Below, in pieces: positions 18,476 to 26,610 of a stretch of 64,000 bases of DNA (position 1 is its first letter; every line of letters starts with the position of its first letter). The notes under the pieces are model-generated. The model saw only the letters and a list, made by a program, of their open reading frames with translations. It ran no database searches and was not told the DNA's origin. The stretch comes from Terriglobales bacterium. Lineage in GTDB: Bacteria > Acidobacteriota > Terriglobia > Terriglobales > Acidobacteriaceae. The DNA lies in assembly GCA_015654835.1 (NCBI GenBank), contig JAATGG010000159.1, positions 5,576 to 69,575 on the forward strand. The letters are read 5' to 3'. The translations under genes and the position numbers were made by a program.

Positions 18476-19997
18476 TGGGGGAGATCTCTGTTTCTGCCTG
18501 CTCTGTGTCCTGCTCGGTGGGAGGAGGCACGGCGGGCGCGGCCTCTGCGGGGGTGGGTTCGGTTTCGTCGGCTTCTTCACGGACCGGCGCTTCCAGGATC
18601 TCCGCGGCTTCAATCGCTTCAACGGATTCCTGGGCGCTTTCAGCCAGTTCTTCGCCGCTCGGTGAATTGGATTCCAGTTCGGCTTCAGAGGCCGCTTCCG
18701 GAGCGGTTTCTGCGGCTGGTTCCGAACTCAGGTCCTCACTTGCTTCGGAGCTGGCTTCTGGATTTGCTTCCGTACTCGCTGCTGGGCTTGCTGCGGAGTT
18801 CGATTCGGAATTCGGCTCAGCATTTGCCTCGGTGGCGGATTCCTGGTTCGAGTCAGGGGCCGCGTCTTCACTCGACTCTGCTCCCAACTCGGGACTTGCT
18901 TCCTGGCCGTTCTCCGGGCTCAGTTGTTCCTCGGCTGCTTCCGGCTCTTCGAGCTCGATGGCAGCCATCTTCTCGAATTCCTCCATGGAGGGCAGCTCGG
19001 CAACGTCCTTGAGGCCGAAGCGGAGCAGGAACTCCTTGGTGGTTTTGTAGAGCATGGGGCGTCCGATGACCTGCTTGCGGCCCGCGGTGGCGATGAGCTT
19101 GCGGCTGAGCAACGAGCCCAGCACGCCGCCGGACTCGACACCGCGAATCTCGCTGACCTCGGGAGCGGTGACCGGCTGCTTATAGGCAACCACGGCCAGA
19201 GTCTCCAGGGCCGGCAAGGAAAGCTTCAACGGCGGCTTGAGGCTCTTGACGAACATGCGCACAGCATCGTGGCACTCCGGCTTGGTGGCCATGCGATAGC
19301 CGCCGGCAATCTCGCGAATCTCAACCCCGCGGCCATCGCTGACATACGAGGTCACGATTTCGTCGAGCAACTGCTTGAGAATCGCGCGGACCTCACGGTC
19401 GCGCTGGCGGGCCAGACGCCTCGCCTCGGATTCGGAATCGACCGCAGGCTCGGCTGGCGCGGTCAGGGCCAGATCGGGTGCCGAGGCCGGTTCGGGTGTC
19501 ACAGGCGGGTCGGCGACAGGATCGGCAATCGTATCTGGATTTGCATCGGCAACAGCTTCGGTGCCAAGCGTTGGGCCAGCTTCCGAAGTTTCCTGCGCGG
19601 AATCCTGCAATAGCGCGTCGCTGGATTCCGCAGCAGGTTCCTGTACGCTTTTCTGCGGCGGCCTGGAATCCGCTTTGAGGCTGGCTTCAGCATCGGCCTC
19701 GGCAACAGCTTCGGTGTCCGCTTCCTGGTCGGCGGCATCGCCAGGGGCCGCTTCCGGTTCCGGCGCCGCGTCGATCACGGAGTCTTGGTTGGATTCGAGG
19801 TAAACCATGCCTTCAGCGAGCAGAGGCAGGGGCTCGGCAGCATCCGCCGCATCCTCGGCAGCCTGCTCAGCAGACGCGGCGGCTTGCTCCGCTTTCCACT
19901 CCAGGGCATCGGCGGCGAACAGGGCGGCGAGCTGGGCCAGTGTGACCGGCTCCTCCGCAGCGTAAATGACAGCTTCCAGCTTAGCTTTCAGGCTCAT
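18465..19997 (-). CDS. scpB: SMC-ScpAB complex subunit ScpB with large acidic insertion and tail
   Basis: N-terminus LEAVIYAAEEPVTLAQLAALFA. The winged-helix core is GVEIREIAGGYRMATKPE...LSLPALETLAVVAYKQPVTAPEVSEIRGVESGGVLGSLLSRKLI...GRPMLYKTTKEFLLRFGL. Confidence 0.85.
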   Translation of the reverse strand: MSLKAKLEAVIYAAEEPVTLAQLAALFAADALEWKAEQAAASAEQAAEDAADAAEPLPLLAEGMVYLESNQDSVIDAAPEPEAAPGDAADQEADTEAVAEADAEASLKADSRPPQKSVQEPAAESSDALLQDSAQETSEAGPTLGTEAVADANPDTIADPVADPPVTPEPASAPDLALTAPAEPAVDSESEARRLARQRDREVRAILKQLLDEIVTSYVSDGRGVEIREIAGGYRMATKPECHDAVRMFVKSLKPPLKLSLPALETLAVVAYKQPVTAPEVSEIRGVESGGVLGSLLSRKLIATAGRKQVIGRPMLYKTTKEFLLRFGLKDVAELPSMEEFEKMAAIELEEPEAAEEQLSPENGQEASPELGAESSEDAAPDSNQESATEANAEPNSESNSAASPAASTEANPEASSEASEDLSSEPAAETAPEAASEAELESNSPSGEELAESAQESVEAIEAAEILEAPVREEADETEPTPAEAAPAVPPPTEQDTEQAETEISPNER

Positions 19998-20141
19998 TCT
20001 GCAATCAGTACCTCAAGTATGGTACCGGAAGTGGAGGTTCCCCTGCGCTCTGATTGGCAAACGAGGGGCCGATTGCAGCAAAAAGGGACGCCCAGCGGCG
20101 CCGGACGCCCCCAAATGGCGGTAAAAAGGCAAGAAGCCTCT

Positions 20142-21761
20142 TTAGGCGATGGCGCGGAAGAGCCGGAACAGCAGTCCCGACAGCAGCGCCGCAGCAGGCA
20201 GGGTAAAGACCCACGCCGCCGCAATATTGCGAATAGTGGACATCTGCAGGCCGCTGCGATTGGCGGCCATGGTCCCGGCCACGCCGGAGCTGAGCACATG
20301 CGTGGTGCTTACCGGCAATCCGAAATTATCGGCTGCGGAGATAGTGGCCATCGCGACCAGTTCGGCGCAGGCGCCCTGCGCGTAGGTCAGGTGCTCCTTG
20401 CCGATTTTTTCGCCCACGGTGACCACAATGCGCTTCCAGCCGACCATAGTGCCCAGCCCGAGCGCCAGGGCAACGGCCACCTTGACCCAACTGGGAATGA
20501 ACTTGGTGGCCTTGTCCACCTTGCTCTTGTAGTTGGCGAGGGCCGAGGTTTCATCAGGGGTAAAGGCGGGATTGTGGCTCTTCTGCATCAGCCGGAGAGC
20601 TTCGCTGGCCACGTACATATCATTGCGGACGTTGGTCTGCTGGCTGGGCGGCACGGCCTTGAATTCCTTGTAGAGGCTGACTTCGTGGTTCAGGTCTTCG
20701 ACCAGTTCGCGGAGCGCAAGGATGGTGTCGGGCTGAATCTTCTTGGTCCGAATGTAATCGGTCACCTCGGCACGGGGGTCGTTGCCCAGGATGCCGGCCT
20801 TATCCACATGCCGGTCGAGAATATGGCCGGCCTGCTCCGAGGCGGCGATGAAGTCCTGAATATCATGCGCGTTGACGGCGTGGTTGAGCGCATACGCGGT
20901 AGGCACGGTGCCGATGAGGATAAGCATGATGAGGCCCATGCCCTTTTGACCGTCATTGGAGCCATGCGAAAAACTGACGCCGGTGCAGGTCAGCACCAGC
21001 AGGGCGCGGATGGGGAATGGCGGCGGCGTGTCGTCTTTCGGCGCCTCATAAAGGGCGGGGTACTTGATGAGCCACTTTGAAACCAGCAGCAGCAGGCCCG
21101 AGACGACAAACCCAATGACCGGCGAGATGAGCAGAACCTGAAAGACCTTGGTAGCCTGGCCCCAATCCACGCCCGAGGTGCCGGCGTGGGGATTGAGCAA
21201 TTGGTTGGCGAGGCCGACGCCGATGATGGAGCCGACCATGGTGTGCGAGCTGGAGGCCGGCAAGCCAAACCACCAGGTGCTCAGGTTCCAAATAATGGCG
21301 GCAAGCAACAGGGCAAAGACCATGGCGAAGCCGGCCCCGGAGCTGACCTGGAGAATGAGTTCCACAGGCAGCAGCGTGATGACCGAGAAGGCAACGGCGC
21401 CGGAGGAGGTGAGCACTCCAGCCAGATTGCAGAGGCCCGACCAGACCACGGCGATGTTGGGCTCAAGCGAATGGGTATAGATGACGGTCGCGACCGCATT
21501 AGCGGTGTCATGGAAACCATTCACAAACTCGAAGCCGAGCGCGATAAGCAGGGCTACGCCCAGCAGCAAGAAGGGCCAGACGCTGCTGATGACGATGTTG
21601 CCGAGATCTTGCGCGACGTGGAAGCCGATGTAGCCGAGGCCTCCGATCAGCGCCACTAGAACGACAGCTCCGCTGATCCAGGCGGAGGATTTTTTCATTT
21701 TGCGGTCAAGCAGCGATGCCCCGGACGGAGGGGCGCCGGCGGTTGTGGCTAAATCGGCCAT
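20142..21761 (-). CDS. pit: inorganic phosphate transporter, PiT family
   Basis: Motifs FVNGFHDTANAVATVIYT and a second GSNDGQKGMG. I placed the start at MADLAT (ATG 21759-21761, with ggag 7 nt upstream). The longest ORF reaches 21899, and MKKSS at 21698 is another alternative. Confidence 0.85.
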   Translation of the reverse strand: MADLATTAGAPPSGASLLDRKMKKSSAWISGAVVLVALIGGLGYIGFHVAQDLGNIVISSVWPFLLLGVALLIALGFEFVNGFHDTANAVATVIYTHSLEPNIAVVWSGLCNLAGVLTSSGAVAFSVITLLPVELILQVSSGAGFAMVFALLLAAIIWNLSTWWFGLPASSSHTMVGSIIGVGLANQLLNPHAGTSGVDWGQATKVFQVLLISPVIGFVVSGLLLLVSKWLIKYPALYEAPKDDTPPPFPIRALLVLTCTGVSFSHGSNDGQKGMGLIMLILIGTVPTAYALNHAVNAHDIQDFIAASEQAGHILDRHVDKAGILGNDPRAEVTDYIRTKKIQPDTILALRELVEDLNHEVSLYKEFKAVPPSQQTNVRNDMYVASEALRLMQKSHNPAFTPDETSALANYKSKVDKATKFIPSWVKVAVALALGLGTMVGWKRIVVTVGEKIGKEHLTYAQGACAELVAMATISAADNFGLPVSTTHVLSSGVAGTMAANRSGLQMSTIRNIAAAWVFTLPAAALLSGLLFRLFRAIA

Positions 21762-21938
21762 TGTGACACTCCAAAAATCTAAAGATAGGAAACCCGGTCC
21801 GGCGACGCTGAGGAGGCAACATCCAGACGTAGCAATGGATATAGGAAGCAGATGAAAGAGGAATGAATTCTTTTGGAAAAAAGCGGCCGGGAGAGTCACG
21901 ACAGTGGCTTGGTTCGACGGATCTGGATGCTTCGCTGG

Positions 21939-21970
21939 GATTTACGGATGATTTACGGTGTGATTTATCT
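21939..21970. promoter_or_regulatory. three phased direct repeats GATTTACGG / GATTTACGG / GATTTATCT (11-12 bp period)
   Basis: Copies at 21939-21947, 21950-21958 and 21962-21970, in an AT-rich divergent region. TATAAT hexamers follow at 21975-21980 and 21997-22002. Confidence 0.35.
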
Positions 21971-22173
21971 CACTTATAATTAGGGAGGAAATTGCCTATA
22001 ATTCGTACAATTGAGGAACGTTCCAGGTCGACTGGAGAGGATTCGCAGGATCGCCGGATAGTGCGTTCAAGGGCGGACTTAGAAGCATTAAAGTAGCGTC
22101 ATTGCAGGTCCACCATAGAAACACTCCAGCAAGCCGCCCCTCCGGTAAACTGCCTCCCTCCCAAGGAGAAGAG

Positions 22174-22851
22174 ATGACAGACCTTGCCCCTTCCCAGAGC
22201 AAGCCATCTTCATGGCAGATCGCCGTCGGAGCGGAAGGAATTGCCGCCGCCCAATTTGCCAGATGCGGGTTTGACGTGTCGGTTCAGTCCGGCGCCGATA
22301 AGCCGCGGTACGACCTGGTTGTGACCAACGCCGGAAACCTCTTGAAAGTGTCGGTCAAAGGCAGCGGGGACGGACGCTGGGACCTGACCCAGACTTACTT
22401 AAAGCGCGCCTCCGAGCGAAGCGGCAAAAAGACCGACCACCACGGAGCGATCGATCTTTGGCTGGATAACCACGGTTCGCGGACGGTGTGCTGCCTGGTC
22501 CAATTTGAGGGAGTGGCGATTGACCAGTTGCCGCGCATTTACCTGGCGTCTCCCGCTGAAATCGCCCACGTTCTGCATGAAACGGCAGACCGGCTGGGAG
22601 ACTCGGTTCTCTACGAAAAATATGGGTGGACCTCTGCGAACGGATCGTCTGAATTCGAGAGGCTGCCATCGAGTTGGGGCTTCTCGAATCAACGCATTCA
22701 GCAGTTGTTGACGGGGCGGGCGGCCGAAACGCCTTCCGGAGCGGGTTCCTCCAGCGGGCATAAGGCTCATAGCCGGATAACGGCCACGGTGGGGCCAGCG
22801 CCTGAACGGCTGGAGTTGGAAAGACGGTCCGCTGTGGGACTGGGCCTCTGA
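22174..22851 (+). CDS. hypothetical protein, possible PD-(D/E)xK nuclease fold
   Basis: 225 aa from MTDLAPS, with a strong SD (AAGGAG at 22163-22168). The N-terminal pattern GAEGIAAAQF...RYDLVV...LLKVSVKGS (E21, D47, S60-x-K62) resembles restriction-endonuclease-like cores. I recognised no family. Confidence 0.55.
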   Translation: MTDLAPSQSKPSSWQIAVGAEGIAAAQFARCGFDVSVQSGADKPRYDLVVTNAGNLLKVSVKGSGDGRWDLTQTYLKRASERSGKKTDHHGAIDLWLDNHGSRTVCCLVQFEGVAIDQLPRIYLASPAEIAHVLHETADRLGDSVLYEKYGWTSANGSSEFERLPSSWGFSNQRIQQLLTGRAAETPSGAGSSSGHKAHSRITATVGPAPERLELERRSAVGLGL

Positions 22852-22908
22852 TTTGCGATTTCCGGCGATCGGATTTGCTGCAAGCGGTGGAAACGGGGGA
22901 GAACTGCT

Positions 22909-23301
22909 TTAGCGGGGAGCGGTATTGCGCTCGAACCACTGCGCAAGCTGTTCCTCGGAAATTTCGCCGGCGGCCAATCCGAGAATGGTCAGGTAGGCAT
23001 CTTCCTGACTCGCCGTGACTTCGATTCCGTTCACCTCAAGAAACGCGAAGGAAACTAGCAGGGCCGTGCGCTTGTTTCCATCCATAAATGGGTGGTTGGA
23101 AGACAAGCCAAAAGCATAGGCAGCCGCCAGAGCAGCAAGAGAGGGGGCTGATTCCGCGTAAGCGAGGAGATTTTTAGGACGCGCCAGCGCGGACTCCAAC
23201 AATCCGGTATCGCGAATGCCTGTTGAGCCCCCATGCGCAGCGAGCTCAAGGTCATGTGCCACCATAGCGTCTGAAGCTTCCATCCACAGGGGTTCTTCCA
23301 T
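22909..23301 (-). CDS. doc: type II toxin, death-on-curing (Doc, Fic-fold) family
   Basis: 130 aa with the Fic/Doc motif HPFMDGNKRTALLVSFAFLEVNG. Confidence 0.9.
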   Translation of the reverse strand: MEEPLWMEASDAMVAHDLELAAHGGSTGIRDTGLLESALARPKNLLAYAESAPSLAALAAAYAFGLSSNHPFMDGNKRTALLVSFAFLEVNGIEVTASQEDAYLTILGLAAGEISEEQLAQWFERNTAPR

Positions 23302-23529
23302 CTACTCCGCCAACTTGCGCAGAGTATCCCTATACTTGCGCATGACAAGCTCGGTCGCTTCTAGTTTGCGCATGAACTGGTCATCATAGGGAGTCAGGTG
23401 CGCACCAAAAGGCGTTTCGGACAGGCAGATGCTGTCGCCCTTCTCCAACTTCAAGCGCGCCAAGGTTTCCTTGGGCAGGATGATGCCGGCAGAGTTGCCG
23501 ATAGCGATGATTTTAGCGGTCGTGGCCAT
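23302..23529 (-). CDS. AbrB/MazE/SpoVT-type antitoxin partner of Doc
   Basis: 75 aa with the swapped-hairpin motif IIAIGNSAGIILPKETLARLKLEKGDSI. Its stop abuts the doc ATG. SD AGGAGG (cctcct 23538-23543) lies 8 nt upstream. Confidence 0.85.
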   Translation of the reverse strand: MATTAKIIAIGNSAGIILPKETLARLKLEKGDSICLSETPFGAHLTPYDDQFMRKLEATELVMRKYRDTLRKLAE

Positions 23530-23553
23530 AGAGAGATCCTCCTGACTGTCTGA

Positions 23554-23572
23554 ATTATAACATAAGTTATAA
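23554..23572 (-). promoter_or_regulatory. putative TA promoter -10 overlapped by palindromic operator
   Basis: Inverted repeat TTATAAC-ataa-GTTATAA at 23555-23572. The minus strand reads TATAAT at 23554-23559, about 25 nt upstream of the antitoxin ATG. Confidence 0.5.
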
Positions 23573-23612
23573 CGTTGCCGATTTTCTCGCCAGGAAGGAC
23601 TATCGCGACGAG

Positions 23613-24725
23613 CTACCGCCAGTCGTCGTTGGCGTTCATCACGCCTTCGTTCATGATGGCGTCGAAGCCAGTGTGCTTCTTGATAAAGATCTCGCTGAAA
23701 GCAGCGTCCTGGCGCAGCAGGATAGCCTGCAGGCGGACCAGTTCCAGCAGAGCCAGGAACATGGCCACCAGCGCGCGTTCGGAGCGCGTATGGCTAAGCA
23801 GGCGGCGCAGGGCGACCGGCTTGTCTTCCATAGTGAGGCGGCGGGAGAGGAACTGGATCATCTGCCCGACGGTCACCGAATCGTCCTGGAGGTTGAACGT
23901 GGGACGCTTGCTGGCGCGGTCGAGTATCTCCCGGAAGATGCGAACCAAGTCAGTGGTGTCGGCAGCGATTTCCGGCTCGGCAGCAGCATCGTTCTTGAAC
24001 TCGCGAAGGCCGGGATTGGTCCAGGTAGCGGCCTCAAGCATCTGCTTCTGCTGCAGCATCTGGGCGGCGTTCTTGAAGCGCTCATGCTCAAGGAGGCGCT
24101 CGACCAACTCGCGGCGAGGATCTTCGGCGGCGTCATCCGGTCCGGAGGGCGCACGCGGCAACAGCATCTTGCTCTTGATGTGAATCAGCAGCGAAGCGGT
24201 GTAGATGAACTCGCCCGCTACATCCACATCGGTGGCTTTGAGTTGGTTGACATAGGCCAAAAACTGCGCCGTGATCCTGGCGATGGGAATGTCGTAGATG
24301 TCGATGTCCTGCTTGCGGATCAGGTCGAGCAGCAGGTCGAGGGGGCCGTCGTACACCTGGCCGACGAATACCGAGAAAGGCGACTGGTCATCGTTCTCCT
24401 GCTTCTTCTGCTTGGCGGGCGTCTTGGCCGCAGGCTTCTCTTCCGGAGCAGGTTTGGAGGTAAGCACCAGCGTGGGCCCGGCATGGGCGGCAGGCTCGGC
24501 GGGTGGATCGATCTGCGGACCGGGCGCATCCGAATCAGAATCGGGGTCCGGGTCGGGCGTGAGAACAATGTCAGGTTCGGGGTCGGACAAGGGAACCAGG
24601 CCGGGCTCGGGGTCGTGAATCGGCGCAGGAGTGGAACCGGGCTCTTTGATCGGCTCGGTAGCGGTTTCCGGATTGGGGGACACGTTCATCAATGGTTTTT
24701 CCGGCAATGCTGTTTCTACTTTCAA
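23613..24725 (-). CDS. scpA: segregation and condensation protein A (kleisin) with Pro/Asp-rich N-terminal extension
   Basis: Core motif FSVFVGQVYDGPLDLLLDLIRKQDIDIYDIPIARITAQFLAYV. About 115 low-complexity residues precede it. Confidence 0.9.
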   Translation of the reverse strand: MKVETALPEKPLMNVSPNPETATEPIKEPGSTPAPIHDPEPGLVPLSDPEPDIVLTPDPDPDSDSDAPGPQIDPPAEPAAHAGPTLVLTSKPAPEEKPAAKTPAKQKKQENDDQSPFSVFVGQVYDGPLDLLLDLIRKQDIDIYDIPIARITAQFLAYVNQLKATDVDVAGEFIYTASLLIHIKSKMLLPRAPSGPDDAAEDPRRELVERLLEHERFKNAAQMLQQKQMLEAATWTNPGLREFKNDAAAEPEIAADTTDLVRIFREILDRASKRPTFNLQDDSVTVGQMIQFLSRRLTMEDKPVALRRLLSHTRSERALVAMFLALLELVRLQAILLRQDAAFSEIFIKKHTGFDAIMNEGVMNANDDWR

Positions 24726-24746
24726 ATCTGTATTTCGGATGCGGCG

Positions 24747-25769
24747 CTAGCGGGTAGAGGTCAACTGCATGGCGGCGCACACCTGCTGCATGGTCTGGCC
24801 AGCCCGGGCGCGGGCACGATCGGAGCCGTCATTCAGAATATCTTCTACGTCAGCGTCGGTGTAGCGCGCACGCCGCTCCTGGATCGGAATAAGCACTTGA
24901 ACCAGCGCATCGGCGGCCCAACTTTTGCACTCGATGCAGCCGATTCCGGCGGAACGACAGCCCTCGTAGACCTTGGCCATGGTTTCTGGAGTCGAGAAGA
25001 CCTTGTGCAGATCGCCGACGGGACACTTATCGGGGTCGCCAGGGTCGGAACGCCGGATGCGCGCCGGATCGGTCACCATCGTCTTGAGTTTTTTACGGAC
25101 TTCCGGCTCAGGGTCGGTCATCTGAATCGTGTTGCCGTAGCTCTTCGACATTTTGCGACCGTCTGTGCCGGGTAGCTTGGGCGAGGGTGTGAGCAGCACT
25201 TTCGGCTCCGGCAAAACCTCTTGCCCATCGAGCTTATAGAACTGGTTAAAGCGCCGCGCCACCTCGCGCGTGAGCTCAACGTGTGCCTGTTGATCCTGTC
25301 CAACCGGCACAAAGTCTGGCCGGTAGAGAAGAATATCGGAAGCCATCAACAGGGGATAACCCAAGAATCCGTAGGTCGTTAGATCCTTGCTAGAGAGATT
25401 CTCCTGCTGTTCTTTATAGGTTGGCACCCGCTCCAGCCATCCTAGAGGCGTGATCATGCCCAGCAACAGCGCCAGTTCAGCATGCTGCGGCACCTTGCTC
25501 TGCAGAAACAGCGCGCTCCGTGCCGGATCAAGACCCGCGGCAAGGTAGTCGAGCATCACCTCTTTGGTATTGGGGATGATCTTCGAAGTATCTGCGTAAT
25601 CGGTAGTCAGCGCGTGCCAGTCGGCGATGAAGAAGTAGCACTCATACTGGTCCTGCAGCTTGACCCAGTTGGCCAGGGCGCCCATGTAGTTGCCCAGGTG
25701 AAGCTTGCCGGTGGGACGCATGCCGCTCAAGATGCGGGGGCGGGAAGACGGAGTTGCGGGTTCGGACAT
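24747..25769 (-). CDS. trpS: tryptophan--tRNA ligase
   Basis: Motifs RILSGMRPTGKLHLGNYMGAL (HIGH-type) and KMSKS. I chose the start MSEPAT at 25769; the longest ORF reaches 25799. Confidence 0.95.
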   Translation of the reverse strand: MSEPATPSSRPRILSGMRPTGKLHLGNYMGALANWVKLQDQYECYFFIADWHALTTDYADTSKIIPNTKEVMLDYLAAGLDPARSALFLQSKVPQHAELALLLGMITPLGWLERVPTYKEQQENLSSKDLTTYGFLGYPLLMASDILLYRPDFVPVGQDQQAHVELTREVARRFNQFYKLDGQEVLPEPKVLLTPSPKLPGTDGRKMSKSYGNTIQMTDPEPEVRKKLKTMVTDPARIRRSDPGDPDKCPVGDLHKVFSTPETMAKVYEGCRSAGIGCIECKSWAADALVQVLIPIQERRARYTDADVEDILNDGSDRARARAGQTMQQVCAAMQLTSTR

Positions 25770-25872
25770 TTTAGCCAATCGATTCCGGAAGAGTGCCAAT
25801 GGAATGCCGCCAAAAGGACAAAATCGTCAATTTAGCTCATTCCATTGTAGCGGGAGCCGGACGGAAGGCGCC

Positions 25873-26574
25873 TTATGCGCCCTGAATACGATTGAGCGCG
25901 AAATAAATCAGCCCCAGGGTCGGCCGCATGAAAAAGCGCACAACCGGGCCGCCGAGAAAGATCATGAGGATATAGCTGATCATGCCCATGCGGTCATAGG
26001 AGTTAAGGGCGTTATAGGGCAGATAGTGGCGCAGGATGCGGCTGCCGTCGAGCGGCGGCAAGGGCAGCAGATTGAAGAAGAACAGCGCCAGATTGACCTG
26101 GATCGCCAGTTGGCAGAGCACGCCGAGGGCTTCCACGTTGGTGAGCACGTTCTCTTGCGCGGGCAGGTGGCCCTGGGCGAGGATGATGCCGGCAAGGCCG
26201 AGAAAACCGGCAAAGGCAATCAGCAGGTTTGAAACCGGACCGGCCAGCGTGGTCAGGGTGTCGTCGCGAACAATCTTGCGGAAGTTGCGGGTGATGACCG
26301 GGGTTGGTTTGGCCCATCCAAAGAGAAACCCGCCCATGGCTCCGCCGCTGAACAGGGGCCCGAAGATCATGAGCGCCGGAAAGAGCAGGGTGCCGATGGG
26401 GTCCACATGGTACATGGGATTGAGGGTCACGCGGCCCTGCAGCCGGGCGGTCTGGTCGCCGAGACGCGAGGCCATCCAAGCGTGCGCGCACTCATGCACA
26501 CTGAGCGAGAAGATGAGCAGGACGAACTCGAAAATGGCAATGATGAAGTTGTTGGGCTGCAACGTACTCTCCAC
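25873..26574 (-). CDS. site-2 protease (M50) family membrane metalloprotease
   Basis: HExxH motif within SVHECAHAWMA, multiple TM helices, and NLLPLPPLDG. Confidence 0.85.
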   Translation of the reverse strand: MESTLQPNNFIIAIFEFVLLIFSLSVHECAHAWMASRLGDQTARLQGRVTLNPMYHVDPIGTLLFPALMIFGPLFSGGAMGGFLFGWAKPTPVITRNFRKIVRDDTLTTLAGPVSNLLIAFAGFLGLAGIILAQGHLPAQENVLTNVEALGVLCQLAIQVNLALFFFNLLPLPPLDGSRILRHYLPYNALNSYDRMGMISYILMIFLGGPVVRFFMRPTLGLIYFALNRIQGA

Positions 26575-26610
26575 GGGGCCGGAAAGCTCAGATTAGCATG
26601 GGCACGCGGC

